In this document: positions 8,955 through 19,249 of the stretch, piece after piece
Position numbering within the stretch: position 1 is the stretch's first letter
Layout of the letters: the number at the start of each line of letters is the position of its first letter
NCBI GenBank assembly: GCA_045643205.1
Contig: JAZUKI010000007.1
Coordinates: 32,001 to 96,000, forward strand
DNA from: Clostridia bacterium
GTDB lineage: Bacteria > Bacillota > Clostridia > TANB77 > CAG-508
Length of the DNA stretch: 64,000 nt
Direction of reading: 5' to 3'
Notes under the pieces: generated by a model
The model's input: only the letters and a program-made list of their open reading frames with translations
The model's database searches: none
What the model was told of the DNA's origin: nothing
Made by a program: the position numbers and the translations under genes

Positions 8955-9803
8955 TTATAATTTATAATATTCTTCTAAAACTTTTAGTCTATCAGTGTCT
9001 TTTATTGTTGCTGATTCATAAATAGTTTCTCTGTTTGAGCGTTGATATGATTGCATTAAATTATCATTAACATCTTTAAGAAAATCTTGCGCTTTTGTTT
9101 CGCCTTCATAGTGCCATGGTTTCTTTGTTCCACACCAACTAAAGTGAATTATTGAAACATCCTCAAATTTTAACATATTTTTTCCTGTATAGTAGTCTAA
9201 AAATGGAAAAAACACATTATACTTTGTATCTAAATGTAATTCTTCTTGATTTGGCCAGTCTGTATAGTATTCTTGTAGAACATCTTGGTCTCCACATTTT
9301 TTTCCACTAGCTAATACTGTATTTAATGCTTCTTGGAATTTTTCTACCATTCCTGTTTCTGGTTTTATAACCATTACTCCAGAATTAAGTTTTTTCCAAT
9401 CTTCTTCTATTAGTGGATTTGTTCTTCTATCTATAACTGCTGATACACTTTCTTTCTCAAATAATTCATCTATATTTTTCATAATAAACAAGTCTGAATC
9501 TAGATAAACAATTTTTTCAAATTCTGTTAATTCAAAAATATTTAATTTATCGAATGTGTAATTCCAATGTGCTGAATTGCTATTTTTATTTCTATTTAAT
9601 GCTTCTTCACTTATCTCAATTGACTTTCTTCTAATAACATTTATTCCTTCTGCTTTTAGTTTATTTTCAGTCTCTTCAGAAACAAGGTCTGTTACTAAAA
9701 CAGAGAATGGATATTTTGTGTTAGTTTGTTTCAAATTCTTATAAGTTTTTAATATTGCATCTAAATAGTTTTCAGTTGATAAAACACTAATATAAGATTT
9801 CAT
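8955..9803 (-). CDS. Glycosyltransferase family 8 (glycogenin/galactinol-synthase-like)
   Basis: KLNIFELTEFEKIVYLDSD (DxD), NSGVMV, GDQDVL, HF...KPW. Confidence 0.88.
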   Translation of the reverse strand: MKSYISVLSTENYLDAILKTYKNLKQTNTKYPFSVLVTDLVSEETENKLKAEGINVIRRKSIEISEEALNRNKNSNSAHWNYTFDKLNIFELTEFEKIVYLDSDLFIMKNIDELFEKESVSAVIDRRTNPLIEEDWKKLNSGVMVIKPETGMVEKFQEALNTVLASGKKCGDQDVLQEYYTDWPNQEELHLDTKYNVFFPFLDYYTGKNMLKFEDVSIIHFSWCGTKKPWHYEGETKAQDFLKDVNDNLMQSYQRSNRETIYESATIKDTDRLKVLEEYYKL

Positions 9804-9863
9804 TATTAATTCCTCTCTTGCTTTAAGTTTTTAAATTATTTTATGCTATATAGTAAAATCAAA

Positions 9864-10976
9864 TTATTCTTTAAAAGTTTCTTCATCAATGCTTTCTTTT
9901 ATCATTAATTCATACATTTGATCATATGGTTTTGACATAGAGTGTCTAATATTTTCAGGCATGTATGTTCTAAGTTCGCCTATAATTTTGCATATTTCAA
10001 TTGATTCTTGATAATTTCCATCAACTATTTTTTGAATTAAAATATTTAATGATTGTTGTACTGCTGGAACTTTTATTTTAGCACTTAATGCATAATACCA
10101 TCTTGTATTTGCAAGAACTTCTAATCTTTCTTCATCATTTAATTGTTTTGAATCAACAAATCTATATAGTAAGTATGTCATGTTTCTAGCATAGAAAAAT
10201 CTAAATAAGTTAACTTGTTTTTTATCTCTGAAAATTTCAAACACTTTTCTATATGCATAGTTCATTCCATCAAAAAATACTTTTGAGCAGTTCCATGAAC
10301 TAGATGTATCAACAAGTTGAACATTTCTTTGTCTATAATAATATGTAATATCATTTATATAAAAAACTCTATCTGTATTTAAAAATGCTTTTAATGAAAA
10401 ATATGTATCTTCGCCTGGAACATTTTCTAAACATCTAATATCGTTTTTATTTACAAATTCTCTGTCGAACATTTTATTACACATAGATGAATTCATTACA
10501 TAAAAAGAATTTCTATAATCATCTTTTTCCAGTTTAAAATTATTGAATTTTTCTAAATCGAATACTGGTTTTTCCCAAGGAGTTCCATCATATTCCATGT
10601 ACTCCCAGTTTGTAATAATGAAATCTGCTTTTTTTTCTTCCATTGCTTTTACCATGATTTCGAAGGCATCTTCTTTAAAGAAATCATCTGCATCAGAAAA
10701 AGTTAAATATTTTCCAGTAGCTAAATCAATTCCTAAATTTCTTGGTTTTCCACCATACCCACTATTAGTATCTAATCTTTTTGCTATAATATTTTCTGGA
10801 TATTTTGCTTGATATTCTGAAGCAATTTCATAACTTTTATCTTCTGAACAGTCATCTACTAAAATTAATTGAATATTTTCTTTAAAACCTATTGTTTGAT
10901 TAATAATATGATCAATACATTCTCTTAAGTATTTATCATCATTGCACATTGGTATAATTGTACTTACTTTAAACAT
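9864..10976 (-). CDS. Glycosyltransferase family 2
   Basis: LVDDCSED, PRNLGIDLATGKYLTFSDADD, GED. Confidence 0.9.
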   Translation of the reverse strand: MFKVSTIIPMCNDDKYLRECIDHIINQTIGFKENIQLILVDDCSEDKSYEIASEYQAKYPENIIAKRLDTNSGYGGKPRNLGIDLATGKYLTFSDADDFFKEDAFEIMVKAMEEKKADFIITNWEYMEYDGTPWEKPVFDLEKFNNFKLEKDDYRNSFYVMNSSMCNKMFDREFVNKNDIRCLENVPGEDTYFSLKAFLNTDRVFYINDITYYYRQRNVQLVDTSSSWNCSKVFFDGMNYAYRKVFEIFRDKKQVNLFRFFYARNMTYLLYRFVDSKQLNDEERLEVLANTRWYYALSAKIKVPAVQQSLNILIQKIVDGNYQESIEICKIIGELRTYMPENIRHSMSKPYDQMYELMIKESIDEETFKE

Positions 10977-11020
10977 TTGTATCTCCTTATAAATAATTTT
11001 TTCCTATTTAAAATCTTGTA

Positions 11021-11929
11021 TTACATTTCTGGTTCTTTAATTGTTTTGCTTTTATCTATTTCAAGATATTCTAGATGTTCAGCTATTAAATCAAAGAACG
11101 TAACTTTGTTTCCATATGGAATAACGCTTTGTAAGTCATCAACTCCTAGATTTTTTAAGAATGCTAAGATATTTAATGATGAAAATACTGCATATATTCT
11201 TAATTGTTTTTCTTCTTCTTCATTTAAAGTTAATCTCTTTAATAGTTCGTCTCCAAATGGTGTTTTATATGTATGAGCTAAAAAGTCTCCATATCCCATT
11301 AATATTGGTGCGCTAATAATTTCACCTGGATCGATAAATTTAATTTCTCCATTTTCAGTAAGCATAATGTTTTTCATGTTTGTATCAATTGGAACAATGC
11401 AATTATCTGCTAATAATTTTTCTCCATATTTTTCATAAATTTTTGAGAAAGCATTATTTACAATTGGATAATCTTTTAAAACATTTTGTGTACTTAGTTG
11501 TCTTGCTGTTATGAATTCTGCGAAACTTTTACTCTCACCATTCATGTTTTTGCCTACTAATCCATAACCTTGTAATTTATGTTTTTCACAAGAAGAATAA
11601 AAATCAATTACAGCTGAAATTACTTTTTCTTTATTTTCTTCTTTCTCTTCCTTAGAAAGTTCGTCAATTGTTGTTCCTTTAAGTTCCTTAAAAATAGTGA
11701 ATTGTGGTTCTTCTGAACTATAAACTGTTTCTTTTAAGTATTTATTATCAATTATTTTGTATAGTTGCATTTCGTGATCAATATGTGATGATCTATTTAA
11801 ATAAAATTTTGCAAATAGTGTCTCACTTGCTTTTGATACTTTATATACTTTATTATTTGTTTCACTAATTAAGTTTATTTCTTCTGCATCGCTTATTGCT
11901 TCTCTTATTAAATTTTCATAATTTTCCAT
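11021..11929 (-). CDS. APH/choline-kinase-like phosphotransferase
   Basis: NKVYKV...FAKFY, catalytic loop DTNMKN (D-x4-N), FIDP metal-binding motif. Start moved to ATG 11929 after GGAG. Confidence 0.7.
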   Translation of the reverse strand: MENYENLIREAISDAEEINLISETNNKVYKVSKASETLFAKFYLNRSSHIDHEMQLYKIIDNKYLKETVYSSEEPQFTIFKELKGTTIDELSKEEKEENKEKVISAVIDFYSSCEKHKLQGYGLVGKNMNGESKSFAEFITARQLSTQNVLKDYPIVNNAFSKIYEKYGEKLLADNCIVPIDTNMKNIMLTENGEIKFIDPGEIISAPILMGYGDFLAHTYKTPFGDELLKRLTLNEEEEKQLRIYAVFSSLNILAFLKNLGVDDLQSVIPYGNKVTFFDLIAEHLEYLEIDKSKTIKEPEM

Positions 11930-12024
11930 AAGAACTTCTCCATGCATATTTCTTAATTGTTTATTTTAAATATATATTTTTTTTGTTTTTTATCTTTTAA
12001 TATATGTTTTTATTTTTTAATTAT

Positions 12025-12615
12025 TTATTTTTTATTTTCTTCAATGTATCTTTTAATTAAAAATTTAGCAAGAATAACATCTGCATCAGCTAAATCATAA
12101 TCAAGTAATTCTTCTATATTTACCCATTTATAGTCTGAGTGAATTTCTAATTCAAACTTTCCACTTACATAATCGCATTCATAAAGTTTTAAATCAACAA
12201 TTTGTCCTGGATATTCACAAATACTATGAGTTATATAATCATTAATTTTTACTTTCATTTTGAAGATTTCTTTAAATGCTCTCTCTAAAGTTTTGTTTTC
12301 ATCTTCTAATCCATTTCTTCTTCCACCAGGAAATTCCCATCTACCAAGTAAGTGATCATTCTTGTTTCTTCTAGCTATTAAGCATTTTCCATCTTTCATA
12401 ATTAATGCACAAACTACATCTAATATTTTTTTATTAGGTGAAACATTAGTAACTTCAAATGGTATTCCGTTATGTTTTATAACTTGCTTTAAAAACAAAT
12501 TTATAGCAGAACTCATTGATAATCCTAAATCTGTTAAAACTAGAGTTGCATCTTTTTTTACTTCAGAATCAACTTGTATGTTAATTGCACTTGTATCATT
12601 TGCTTTATTTTTCAT
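12025..12615 (-). CDS. RelB/DinJ ribbon-helix-helix domain fused to a MutT-like Nudix domain
   Basis: N-terminus INIQVDSEVKKDA...LGLSMSSAINLFLKQV....GIPFEV (RelB/DinJ signature); C-terminus VVCALI...LIARR...WEFPGG...H.DYKWV...DLADAD (MutT fold). Confidence 0.85.
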   Translation of the reverse strand: MKNKANDTSAINIQVDSEVKKDATLVLTDLGLSMSSAINLFLKQVIKHNGIPFEVTNVSPNKKILDVVCALIMKDGKCLIARRNKNDHLLGRWEFPGGRRNGLEDENKTLERAFKEIFKMKVKINDYITHSICEYPGQIVDLKLYECDYVSGKFELEIHSDYKWVNIEELLDYDLADADVILAKFLIKRYIEENKK

Positions 12616-12647
12616 AATAATACTTCCTTTACAATTCTAAATTTTAT

Positions 12648-12959
12648 TTACAATCCCAAATTTTCTTTAAATCTTTCTTCTGTTTGATAACCCATTGTAG
12701 ATGCTACTTTTTCACCATTTTCAAATACTAAGAATGTTGGTATACTCATAACATCATATTTTTGTGCAATTTCTGGTGCTTCATCCACATTTATTTTGCA
12801 TACTTTTATTTCAGAATTTTCTTCAGCAATTTTATCAACAATTGGAGCCATCATTTTGCATGGGCCACACCAGTCAGCATATAAATCTACTAATACTTTT
12901 TTATCAGCTTTTAATACTTCTGTTTCAAAACTTTCATTATTTACACTTATAACTGCCAT
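12648..12959 (-). CDS. trxA: Thioredoxin
   Basis: WCGPC motif, MSIPT. Confidence 0.95.
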   Translation of the reverse strand: MAVISVNNESFETEVLKADKKVLVDLYADWCGPCKMMAPIVDKIAEENSEIKVCKINVDEAPEIAQKYDVMSIPTFLVFENGEKVASTMGYQTEERFKENLGL

Positions 12960-12961
12960 TA

Positions 12962-13594
12962 TTAATCCTCCTTAATTGCTTTTTCAATTTCTTCTTTTGA
13001 AATTATTCCTTCTCTAAAAACTTCTATTTCATCGTTCACTATTTGTATTACTGTTGAGGCAACTCCTATTTTTGCTACTCCACCATCTATAATATAATCA
13101 ACTTTATCATTAAATTCTTTATATGATTTTTCAAAATCAATATTTGCTTCCATTCCTGAAATATTTGTGCTGGTAACAGCCATTGGTTTTCCTACTGCAT
13201 TAATTATCTTTAATGCTGTATCATTTTGAGGCATTCTAACTCCAACATATTCTGTGTTTGCTGTTAAAATGTCAGGAATATTTTTATTCTTTTTAACTAT
13301 TAATGTTAAAGGTCCTGGAAAAAACTTATTTATTATCTTCTTTTCTGTAGAAGATAAATTTTCTGCTACTTTTTCAATCATATCGTAACTACCTACTAGT
13401 AGACTAATTGGTTTATCATATGATCTTTTTTTAGTTGTATAAAGTTTATCAATTGCTGATTTATCAAAACCATTTGTCCCAATTCCATAAACAGTTTCTG
13501 TTGGAAATATAATAATTTTTCCTTCTATTATAGAATTAGCAATTTGTTTTAATGTTTTTTCATCTAACTCTTTCTCGTTATAGCATATACTCAT
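12962..13594 (-). CDS. tsaC: Threonylcarbamoyl-AMP synthase (TsaC/YrdC/Sua5 family, short form)
   Basis: FPTETVYG, K.R...KPI, PGPLT, GVRMP, STNISG. Start is 13594 or 13606. Confidence 0.9.
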   Translation of the reverse strand: MSICYNEKELDEKTLKQIANSIIEGKIIIFPTETVYGIGTNGFDKSAIDKLYTTKKRSYDKPISLLVGSYDMIEKVAENLSSTEKKIINKFFPGPLTLIVKKNKNIPDILTANTEYVGVRMPQNDTALKIINAVGKPMAVTSTNISGMEANIDFEKSYKEFNDKVDYIIDGGVAKIGVASTVIQIVNDEIEVFREGIISKEEIEKAIKED

Positions 13595-13781
13595 TTTAAA
13601 AAACACTTCTCATTCTATTATGTATTTGTCTTTGCTCTTTTTCTTTATTTCAAAGAATTTTAAGCGTTTTTATTATATCATTCTTCAATAATTTTAGCAA
13701 TAAATTTAGTGTTTGACTATTTGAAAAATAATAGTTTACTACCTTATTATTTTTTGCTATAATTTTTTTGAGGTTTAACAA

Positions 13782-14627
13782 ATGAAAAATTATTATGATG
13801 AATTAGAAGTTAGTAAAAAAGCTTCTAAAGAAGTAATAGAAAAAGCCTACAGAGTTCTTGCAAAAAAATATCATCCGGATAGCACTAATCTTGATGATAA
13901 GAGCGCATCAGAAGAAAAATTTAAAGCAATTACTGAAGCATACAATACTTTATCTGATGACTTTAAGCGAAAAGAATATGATGAAGAACTAGAAGATGCT
14001 TTTCCTAATATTTCTTATGAAGAATATGAATATGTATTAAATAAAAATAAAGATTTAGAAGATGAGATTGACTATTTACATGAGAAAATAAATGGCAATT
14101 CTTATTCTGGTGATTCGCAAAGTACTGTTAGAAGTTACTATAATAGATTTACAGATTCTTTTGTAAATCCACATTCAAGTAGCCACGGAAGGAACACTGA
14201 AACAAGTCGCACTAGATATTCTGATGGTCAAACTTATGAGAATGATAAAAGTCCTAAACGTACATTTTACTATAGCGATTCTGGAAAACCAGCTTCTGCA
14301 TTTGATTACTATGTTTATAGAATTAAAACTGTTGGTTCTAATTTCTTTTTTGGATTGTTAGTTTTTATTGCATTTTTATTATTAATTAGAGGCATACTAC
14401 TTATAACTTTCAGTGGAAAAAATTCTAATAATACAACTAATGAAGTTCAAAATAATGAAACTCAAAACGCTACAACTAATGATGTACAAGATAATACAAA
14501 TAGCATAAATAATGTAAATATAAACTCTATTTTAACAAACGAAACATTGAATACTCTTAATGATAGTTCTTTTTTGAAAGAGATTTTGAATTATTTAAAT
14601 ACTCCTAGACAAAATGTTTTAAAATAA
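13782..14627 (+). CDS. J-domain (DnaJ type III) protein with a TM helix
   Basis: NYYDELEV...[12 protein letters not shown]...[13 protein letters not shown]; TM near residue 190-210; Asn-rich tail. Confidence 0.85.
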   Translation: MKNYYDELEVSKKASKEVIEKAYRVLAKKYHPDSTNLDDKSASEEKFKAITEAYNTLSDDFKRKEYDEELEDAFPNISYEEYEYVLNKNKDLEDEIDYLHEKINGNSYSGDSQSTVRSYYNRFTDSFVNPHSSSHGRNTETSRTRYSDGQTYENDKSPKRTFYYSDSGKPASAFDYYVYRIKTVGSNFFFGLLVFIAFLLLIRGILLITFSGKNSNNTTNEVQNNETQNATTNDVQDNTNSINNVNINSILTNETLNTLNDSSFLKEILNYLNTPRQNVLK

Positions 14628-14666
14628 AAGACAAGAATTAATAAATATAATTCTTGTCTTTTTGTT

Positions 14667-15755
14667 TTATATAAATTTTCTTGGAACTCTTTCTCCAATT
14701 TGACTTATAATTTCATAATTAATAGTGTCGCATTTATTTGATAAATCTTCTAGTTTAATTTCTTTGTTATCCCAAATAATAACTTCATCTCCAACTTTAA
14801 CATCAGGAATATCAGTTACATCAGCCATAAAACTATCCATGCAAACTTTTCCGATTATCTTTGCTCTTTTGCCATTAATTAAAACTTCCCAACCATTTGA
14901 AAAAGTTCTTTTAAATCCATCTGCATATCCAATTGGAATAGTTGCTATCTTTGTTATTCCTTTTGTTTTAAATGATCTACTATATCCAATACTTTCATTT
15001 TCATCTACTTCTTTTAAATAAACAATCTTTGATTTTAAACTTGCAATTGGTTTTAAATCAATTTTATCAAAAGTAGAATCAGAAGCTGCATATCCATATA
15101 GTATGATTCCTGGTCTAACTAAATTAAAATGAGCTTTTGGATAATTTAAAATTCCATTTGATGCAGACGCATGAATATATTTTAGTTCGATATCATTGTT
15201 CTTTGCAATTGAAAGAGCTTTGTTGAATTCACTTATTTGATATTCTGTATATTCTTCATCATAATCTGCTGATGATAAATGTGTGTAAATTCCTTCTATA
15301 TTAAGTACATCTTTATATTTATCAATAAATGATTGTAGGCTTTCTGGTTTTATTCCTGTTCTATTCATTCCTGTTTCAATTTCTAGGTGTACTCTAATTT
15401 TTTGATTTCTTCTTAATACTTCATCTGCAAATTCACTTGAACTAATTCCAACAACAACATTGTTGCTTATTATTTTATCTATTTCTTCAAGTCCCGGTTG
15501 ATTTAAAACAAAAACATCTTTTTCAAATCCGATATTTCTTACTTCAATTGCTTCATCAACTGTTGCAAGAGCTACTATGTTGAATTGTTCTATTAAATCT
15601 AATTGTTTATTTATATGAGTTCCGTATCCATTGGCTTTAATAACTGGCATTAAATCAACTTCTGTTCCTACATATTCTCTGATTTTTTCAACATTGTATT
15701 TAAAATTTTCTTTACTTATTTCCATTACTGTTGGTCTTGTAATTTCCATTTTCAT
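14667..15755 (-). CDS. alr: Alanine racemase
   Basis: VIKANGYG (PLP lysine), TGMNRTG, VRPGIILYG, IGYADG, GKVCMD, TINYE. Confidence 0.95.
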   Translation of the reverse strand: MKMEITRPTVMEISKENFKYNVEKIREYVGTEVDLMPVIKANGYGTHINKQLDLIEQFNIVALATVDEAIEVRNIGFEKDVFVLNQPGLEEIDKIISNNVVVGISSSEFADEVLRRNQKIRVHLEIETGMNRTGIKPESLQSFIDKYKDVLNIEGIYTHLSSADYDEEYTEYQISEFNKALSIAKNNDIELKYIHASASNGILNYPKAHFNLVRPGIILYGYAASDSTFDKIDLKPIASLKSKIVYLKEVDENESIGYSRSFKTKGITKIATIPIGYADGFKRTFSNGWEVLINGKRAKIIGKVCMDSFMADVTDIPDVKVGDEVIIWDNKEIKLEDLSNKCDTINYEIISQIGERVPRKFI

Positions 15756-15858
15756 TTCTCCATTATCTTATAGTAAAACAATTATATCACCCAATTTTTA
15801 ATCTATCAATAAAACTTTAATAATAAAAAACTGCCGAACTTAAAGTCCGACAGTAGTT

Positions 15859-15933
15859 TGGTTGGGATAGGTAGATTCGAACTACCGCATGCCAGAGTCA
15901 AAGTCTGGTGCCTTACCGCTTGGCTATATCCCA
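15859..15933 (-). tRNA. tRNA-Gln(TTG)
   Basis: TGGGATATAGCCAAGCGGTAAGGCACCAGACTTTGACTCTGGC...GTTCGAATC...TATCCCAACCA cloverleaf with encoded CCA. Confidence 0.97.
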
Positions 15934-15952
15934 ATATATGAATTAAAATAAA

Positions 15953-16030
15953 TGGGGTGGAATATGGGACTCGAACCCATGGTCTCCAGTGCCACAAACT
16001 GGCGCGTTAACCAACTACGCTAAATCCACC
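15953..16030 (-). tRNA. tRNA-His(GTG)
   Basis: GGTGGATTTAGCGTAGTTGGTTAACGCGCCAGTTTGTGGCACTGG...TTCGAGT...TTCCACCCCA; encoded G-1 and C73. Confidence 0.96.
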
Positions 16031-16060
16031 ATATATCAAACCATTTTTCAACGCTTTTTT

Positions 16061-16089
16061 ATTGTAAACTATTTTTCTCTTATTGTCAA
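16061..16089 (-). promoter_or_regulatory. Sigma-A promoter for tRNA-His/tRNA-Gln
   Basis: TTGACA-N17-TACAAT. Confidence 0.75.
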
Positions 16090-16256
16090 TAAATTTAAAT
16101 TACAATTTATAAGAATTTACTCAATTATTGTTAATTTTACTTGTATAAAACTTATTTAATGCAGACTGCAAAGTCTGCATTAAATATTATTTTATTTTTT
16201 CATATCTCTTAATATATGATTTGCCTTATTTTTTTCACATTTTTTAATATATTATT

Positions 16257-17018
16257 TTAAATGTTAACTAAATCTCTCTTGTCTTTTTCAATTGCCCAGA
16301 TAATTAATCTTCCTTGGACATCATCTGTACATGTTGAAAGTGAGATTTCTCTAGCACCCTTTGTATCTCTATCCCAGTAGCTATTATCTTCTGAACCTGT
16401 TGTGTAAATTTTGTAAACGATATATTCAACTCTATTCTTATCTGTATCAGTAATATAGATTGAATCACCATTCTTTAATTTCTTTAAGTTTGAGAAGAAT
16501 GTTTTGTTTCTATAATTGTGTCCTGCTATAACATTGTTTCCTACTTTGTTTAGCCCTGGTCCATAAATTACGCCTGGTGCAACTTCCATTGAAGCAGCAT
16601 CTGCTCTATCTAATAAAGGATATTTTAAATCAATTATAGGAATTTCAATTGTTCCTAACATTGTAAAGCCTTTGTATGTTGCTACTTTCTTTGATCCGTT
16701 TCCACCTGTAGTATTTCCTGTAATTGATGGATCTACATTAATTAAATTTAAATCAATTTCTGTATTAGTTGCTGAGTTTGTCGCTGGGTTTCCTCCTGAT
16801 GAAGGTCCTATTAAATCTCCTGTATTGATTCCATTACTTAGGAAATTTTCTACTGCAGAATCTGCATCTTTCTTTTCTGAATTTGTCTTAATTGTTTCAA
16901 AAATCCAGAAACCAATTAGTATAGCTATTAAAATAGCTGTGACTATAATAACTACGGTTAAAATTTTGTTAATTTTTTTCTTATCGTTCATATTATTTTG
17001 CGGTGATAGTGATATCAC
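16257..17018 (-). CDS. Sortase
   Basis: N-terminal TM, GTIEIP, VIAGHN (His), ISLSTC (Cys), GRL (Arg); start uncertain. Confidence 0.9.
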   Translation of the reverse strand: MISLSPQNNMNDKKKINKILTVVIIVTAILIAILIGFWIFETIKTNSEKKDADSAVENFLSNGINTGDLIGPSSGGNPATNSATNTEIDLNLINVDPSITGNTTGGNGSKKVATYKGFTMLGTIEIPIIDLKYPLLDRADAASMEVAPGVIYGPGLNKVGNNVIAGHNYRNKTFFSNLKKLKNGDSIYITDTDKNRVEYIVYKIYTTGSEDNSYWDRDTKGAREISLSTCTDDVQGRLIIWAIEKDKRDLVNI

Positions 17019-17133
17019 CTTCTCCTTTCCAAAATAATTATTTACGGTAGTGTTGAAAACACTATATTTATTGTACTATATTTTCATGTTTTTTTCCATA
17101 GTTTTTAGAAAATTTTACCATTTTTAGGTAATT

Positions 17134-17484
17134 TTAAACGTTGTCCATAGACATGTGCTTTGTTAAATCTTCTCCACCTATTACATGAAAATGTATGTGT
17201 TTTACTGTTTGTCCAGCAAATTCACCACAATTGTTAATAATTCTAAAACCATCTTCAGCTATATTTTCTTGTTTTGCAATTATTTTGATAACTTCAAAAA
17301 TATGGTTTAGTAATTGACTATCTTCTAATTCCATAACATTTTTTATATGTTGTTTTGGTACAACTAAATCGTGTACTTTGGCAACTGGATTTAAGTCTTT
17401 AAATACTATTACTTGATCGTCTTCATAAACTTTTGTTGAAGGAATTTCTCCATTTGCAATTTTACAAAAAATACAATCTTCCAT
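17134..17484 (-). CDS. HIT-family nucleotide-binding protein
   Basis: MEDCIFCKI...GQTVKHIHFHVIGG; start 17484 after AAGGAG. Confidence 0.93.
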   Translation of the reverse strand: MEDCIFCKIANGEIPSTKVYEDDQVIVFKDLNPVAKVHDLVVPKQHIKNVMELEDSQLLNHIFEVIKIIAKQENIAEDGFRIINNCGEFAGQTVKHIHFHVIGGEDLTKHMSMDNV

Positions 17485-17494
17485 ATTAATCTCC

Positions 17495-19249
17495 TTATTC
17501 AAGAACTGCCTTAATTCTTCTAACACCTGCTGAGCATGCTTCTTCTTTCTTTATTTTGAAATGTCCTAAAACTGATGTGTTTTCTACATGAGGTCCACCA
17601 CAAATTTCTTTTGAAATTTCTCCAATGCTATAAACTTTTACTATATCTGGATATCTTTCTAAAAACTCGTGTTCTGCACCAGCAGCTGCAGCTTCATTTT
17701 TATTCATTTCTTTGAATGAAACTGGTAAGCTTTGTTGAATCCATTCATTTACTTGATCTTCAACTTTTTGTTTTTCTTCATCAGTTAATTTATGGTCACA
17801 ATTGAAATCAAATCTCATTCTTTCAGGTGTTATGTTTGATCCTTTTTGATGGCAATCAGGGCTAACTACAACTCTTAAAGCTGCATTTAAAAGGTGTGTT
17901 GCTGTATGATATTTAATTTCTTGCTCACCTGTTCCTGATAATCCACCTTTGAATTTTTGATCAGAACCTGCTTTTGATTTTTCTTGATGTTCTTTAAATT
18001 TCTTTTCAATTTCAGCTGTATCAACAACTTCAAAGTTGTTTTCTTTAGCTAATTCTCTTGTTATTTCTGGTGGGAAACCATAAGTTTCATATAAGTTAAA
18101 TGCTGTATCTGCATCAATTAAGTTTTTGTTTTCTGATTTTAATTTGTTGATAACTTTAGTAAATTCTCTTTCGCCTCTTTCCAAAGTTCTCATAAATTTT
18201 TCTTGTTCTGCAATAATTGTTTCTTTGATTGTTTCTCTATTTATATCAAGTTCTTGATACATTTCTTTTAAAGTATCAATGTCTAAATCAATTAAATCAT
18301 TCATCTTGCTTAGGTCAATACCAAGTTTATTTAAGTGACGAGTCATTCTACGAATTAATCTTCTTAAAACATATCCTCTATCTACATTGCTTGGTCTTCC
18401 GCCATCTGAAATTATCATCATGCTAGAACGTAAATGTTCAGCGGCAATTCTTCTTGATTCGATACTATCATTAACTGCAAGTTCTTGTAATTTTTCCATT
18501 ACAGGTGCAAATAATTCTGTTTCAAATGGATCTTTCTTTCCTTCTAATAAGAATGTAATTCTTTCAAGTCCCATTCCAGTATCAACATTTTGTTGAGGAA
18601 GCTTTGTGTATTTTCCATCTTTCTTTAAGAATTGCATGAAAACGTTATTCCAAATTTCAACATATTTGCCACAATCACATGATGGTTGGCAATCTGGTCC
18701 ACAAGGTTCTTTTCCTGTATCGTAGAACATTTCTGTATCTGGTCCACAAGGTCCTTCTTCACCAGCAATCCACCAGTTATCATCTTTACCATAGAAATAA
18801 ATATGATCTTCAGCTATTCCTGCTTTCTTCCAGCAATCTGCTGTTAAGTTATCTCTTTCGCAGTCTTCATCTCCTGCAAAACATGTAACTGATATTTTTT
18901 CTACTGGAATTCCTAATTCTTTTGTTAAGAATTCGAAACTCATTGCAATTGATTCTTCTTTAAAATAGTCTCCTAATGACCAGTTTCCAAGCATTTCAAA
19001 GAAAGTTAAATGACGATTGTCACCAACTTCTTCAATATCGTTTGTTCTAACGCATTTTTGATAGTCTGTTAATCTTGTTCCTTCTGGATGTTTTTGTCCT
19101 AATAAATAAGGCACTAAAGGTTGCATTCCAGCTGTTGTAAATAATACAGATGGATCATTTTCAGGTATCAATGATGCACTTGGAATTCTCTTATGATTAT
19201 GATTTTCAAAAAATTTTAAATACTTTTCTCTAATTTCTATAGCTTTCAT
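17495..19249 (-). CDS. alaS: Alanine--tRNA ligase, short form without the C-Ala domain
   Basis: LFTTAGMQP, HLTFFEMLGNWS, DTGMGLER, HTATHLL, EICGGPHV, GVRRIKA; start 19249 after GGAG. Confidence 0.95.
   Translation of the reverse strand: MKAIEIREKYLKFFENHNHKRIPSASLIPENDPSVLFTTAGMQPLVPYLLGQKHPEGTRLTDYQKCVRTNDIEEVGDNRHLTFFEMLGNWSLGDYFKEESIAMSFEFLTKELGIPVEKISVTCFAGDEDCERDNLTADCWKKAGIAEDHIYFYGKDDNWWIAGEEGPCGPDTEMFYDTGKEPCGPDCQPSCDCGKYVEIWNNVFMQFLKKDGKYTKLPQQNVDTGMGLERITFLLEGKKDPFETELFAPVMEKLQELAVNDSIESRRIAAEHLRSSMMIISDGGRPSNVDRGYVLRRLIRRMTRHLNKLGIDLSKMNDLIDLDIDTLKEMYQELDINRETIKETIIAEQEKFMRTLERGEREFTKVINKLKSENKNLIDADTAFNLYETYGFPPEITRELAKENNFEVVDTAEIEKKFKEHQEKSKAGSDQKFKGGLSGTGEQEIKYHTATHLLNAALRVVVSPDCHQKGSNITPERMRFDFNCDHKLTDEEKQKVEDQVNEWIQQSLPVSFKEMNKNEAAAAGAEHEFLERYPDIVKVYSIGEISKEICGGPHVENTSVLGHFKIKKEEACSAGVRRIKAVLE

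Noticed and set aside
12025-12615. Classical RelBE or DinJ-YafQ toxin-antitoxin pair
   Set aside because: No RelE/YafQ-like toxin ORF on either side, and the antitoxin-like domain is fused to Nudix.
15806-15997. 63-aa ORF in the track
   Set aside because: It overlaps tRNA-Gln and tRNA-His on the same strand, so it is spurious.
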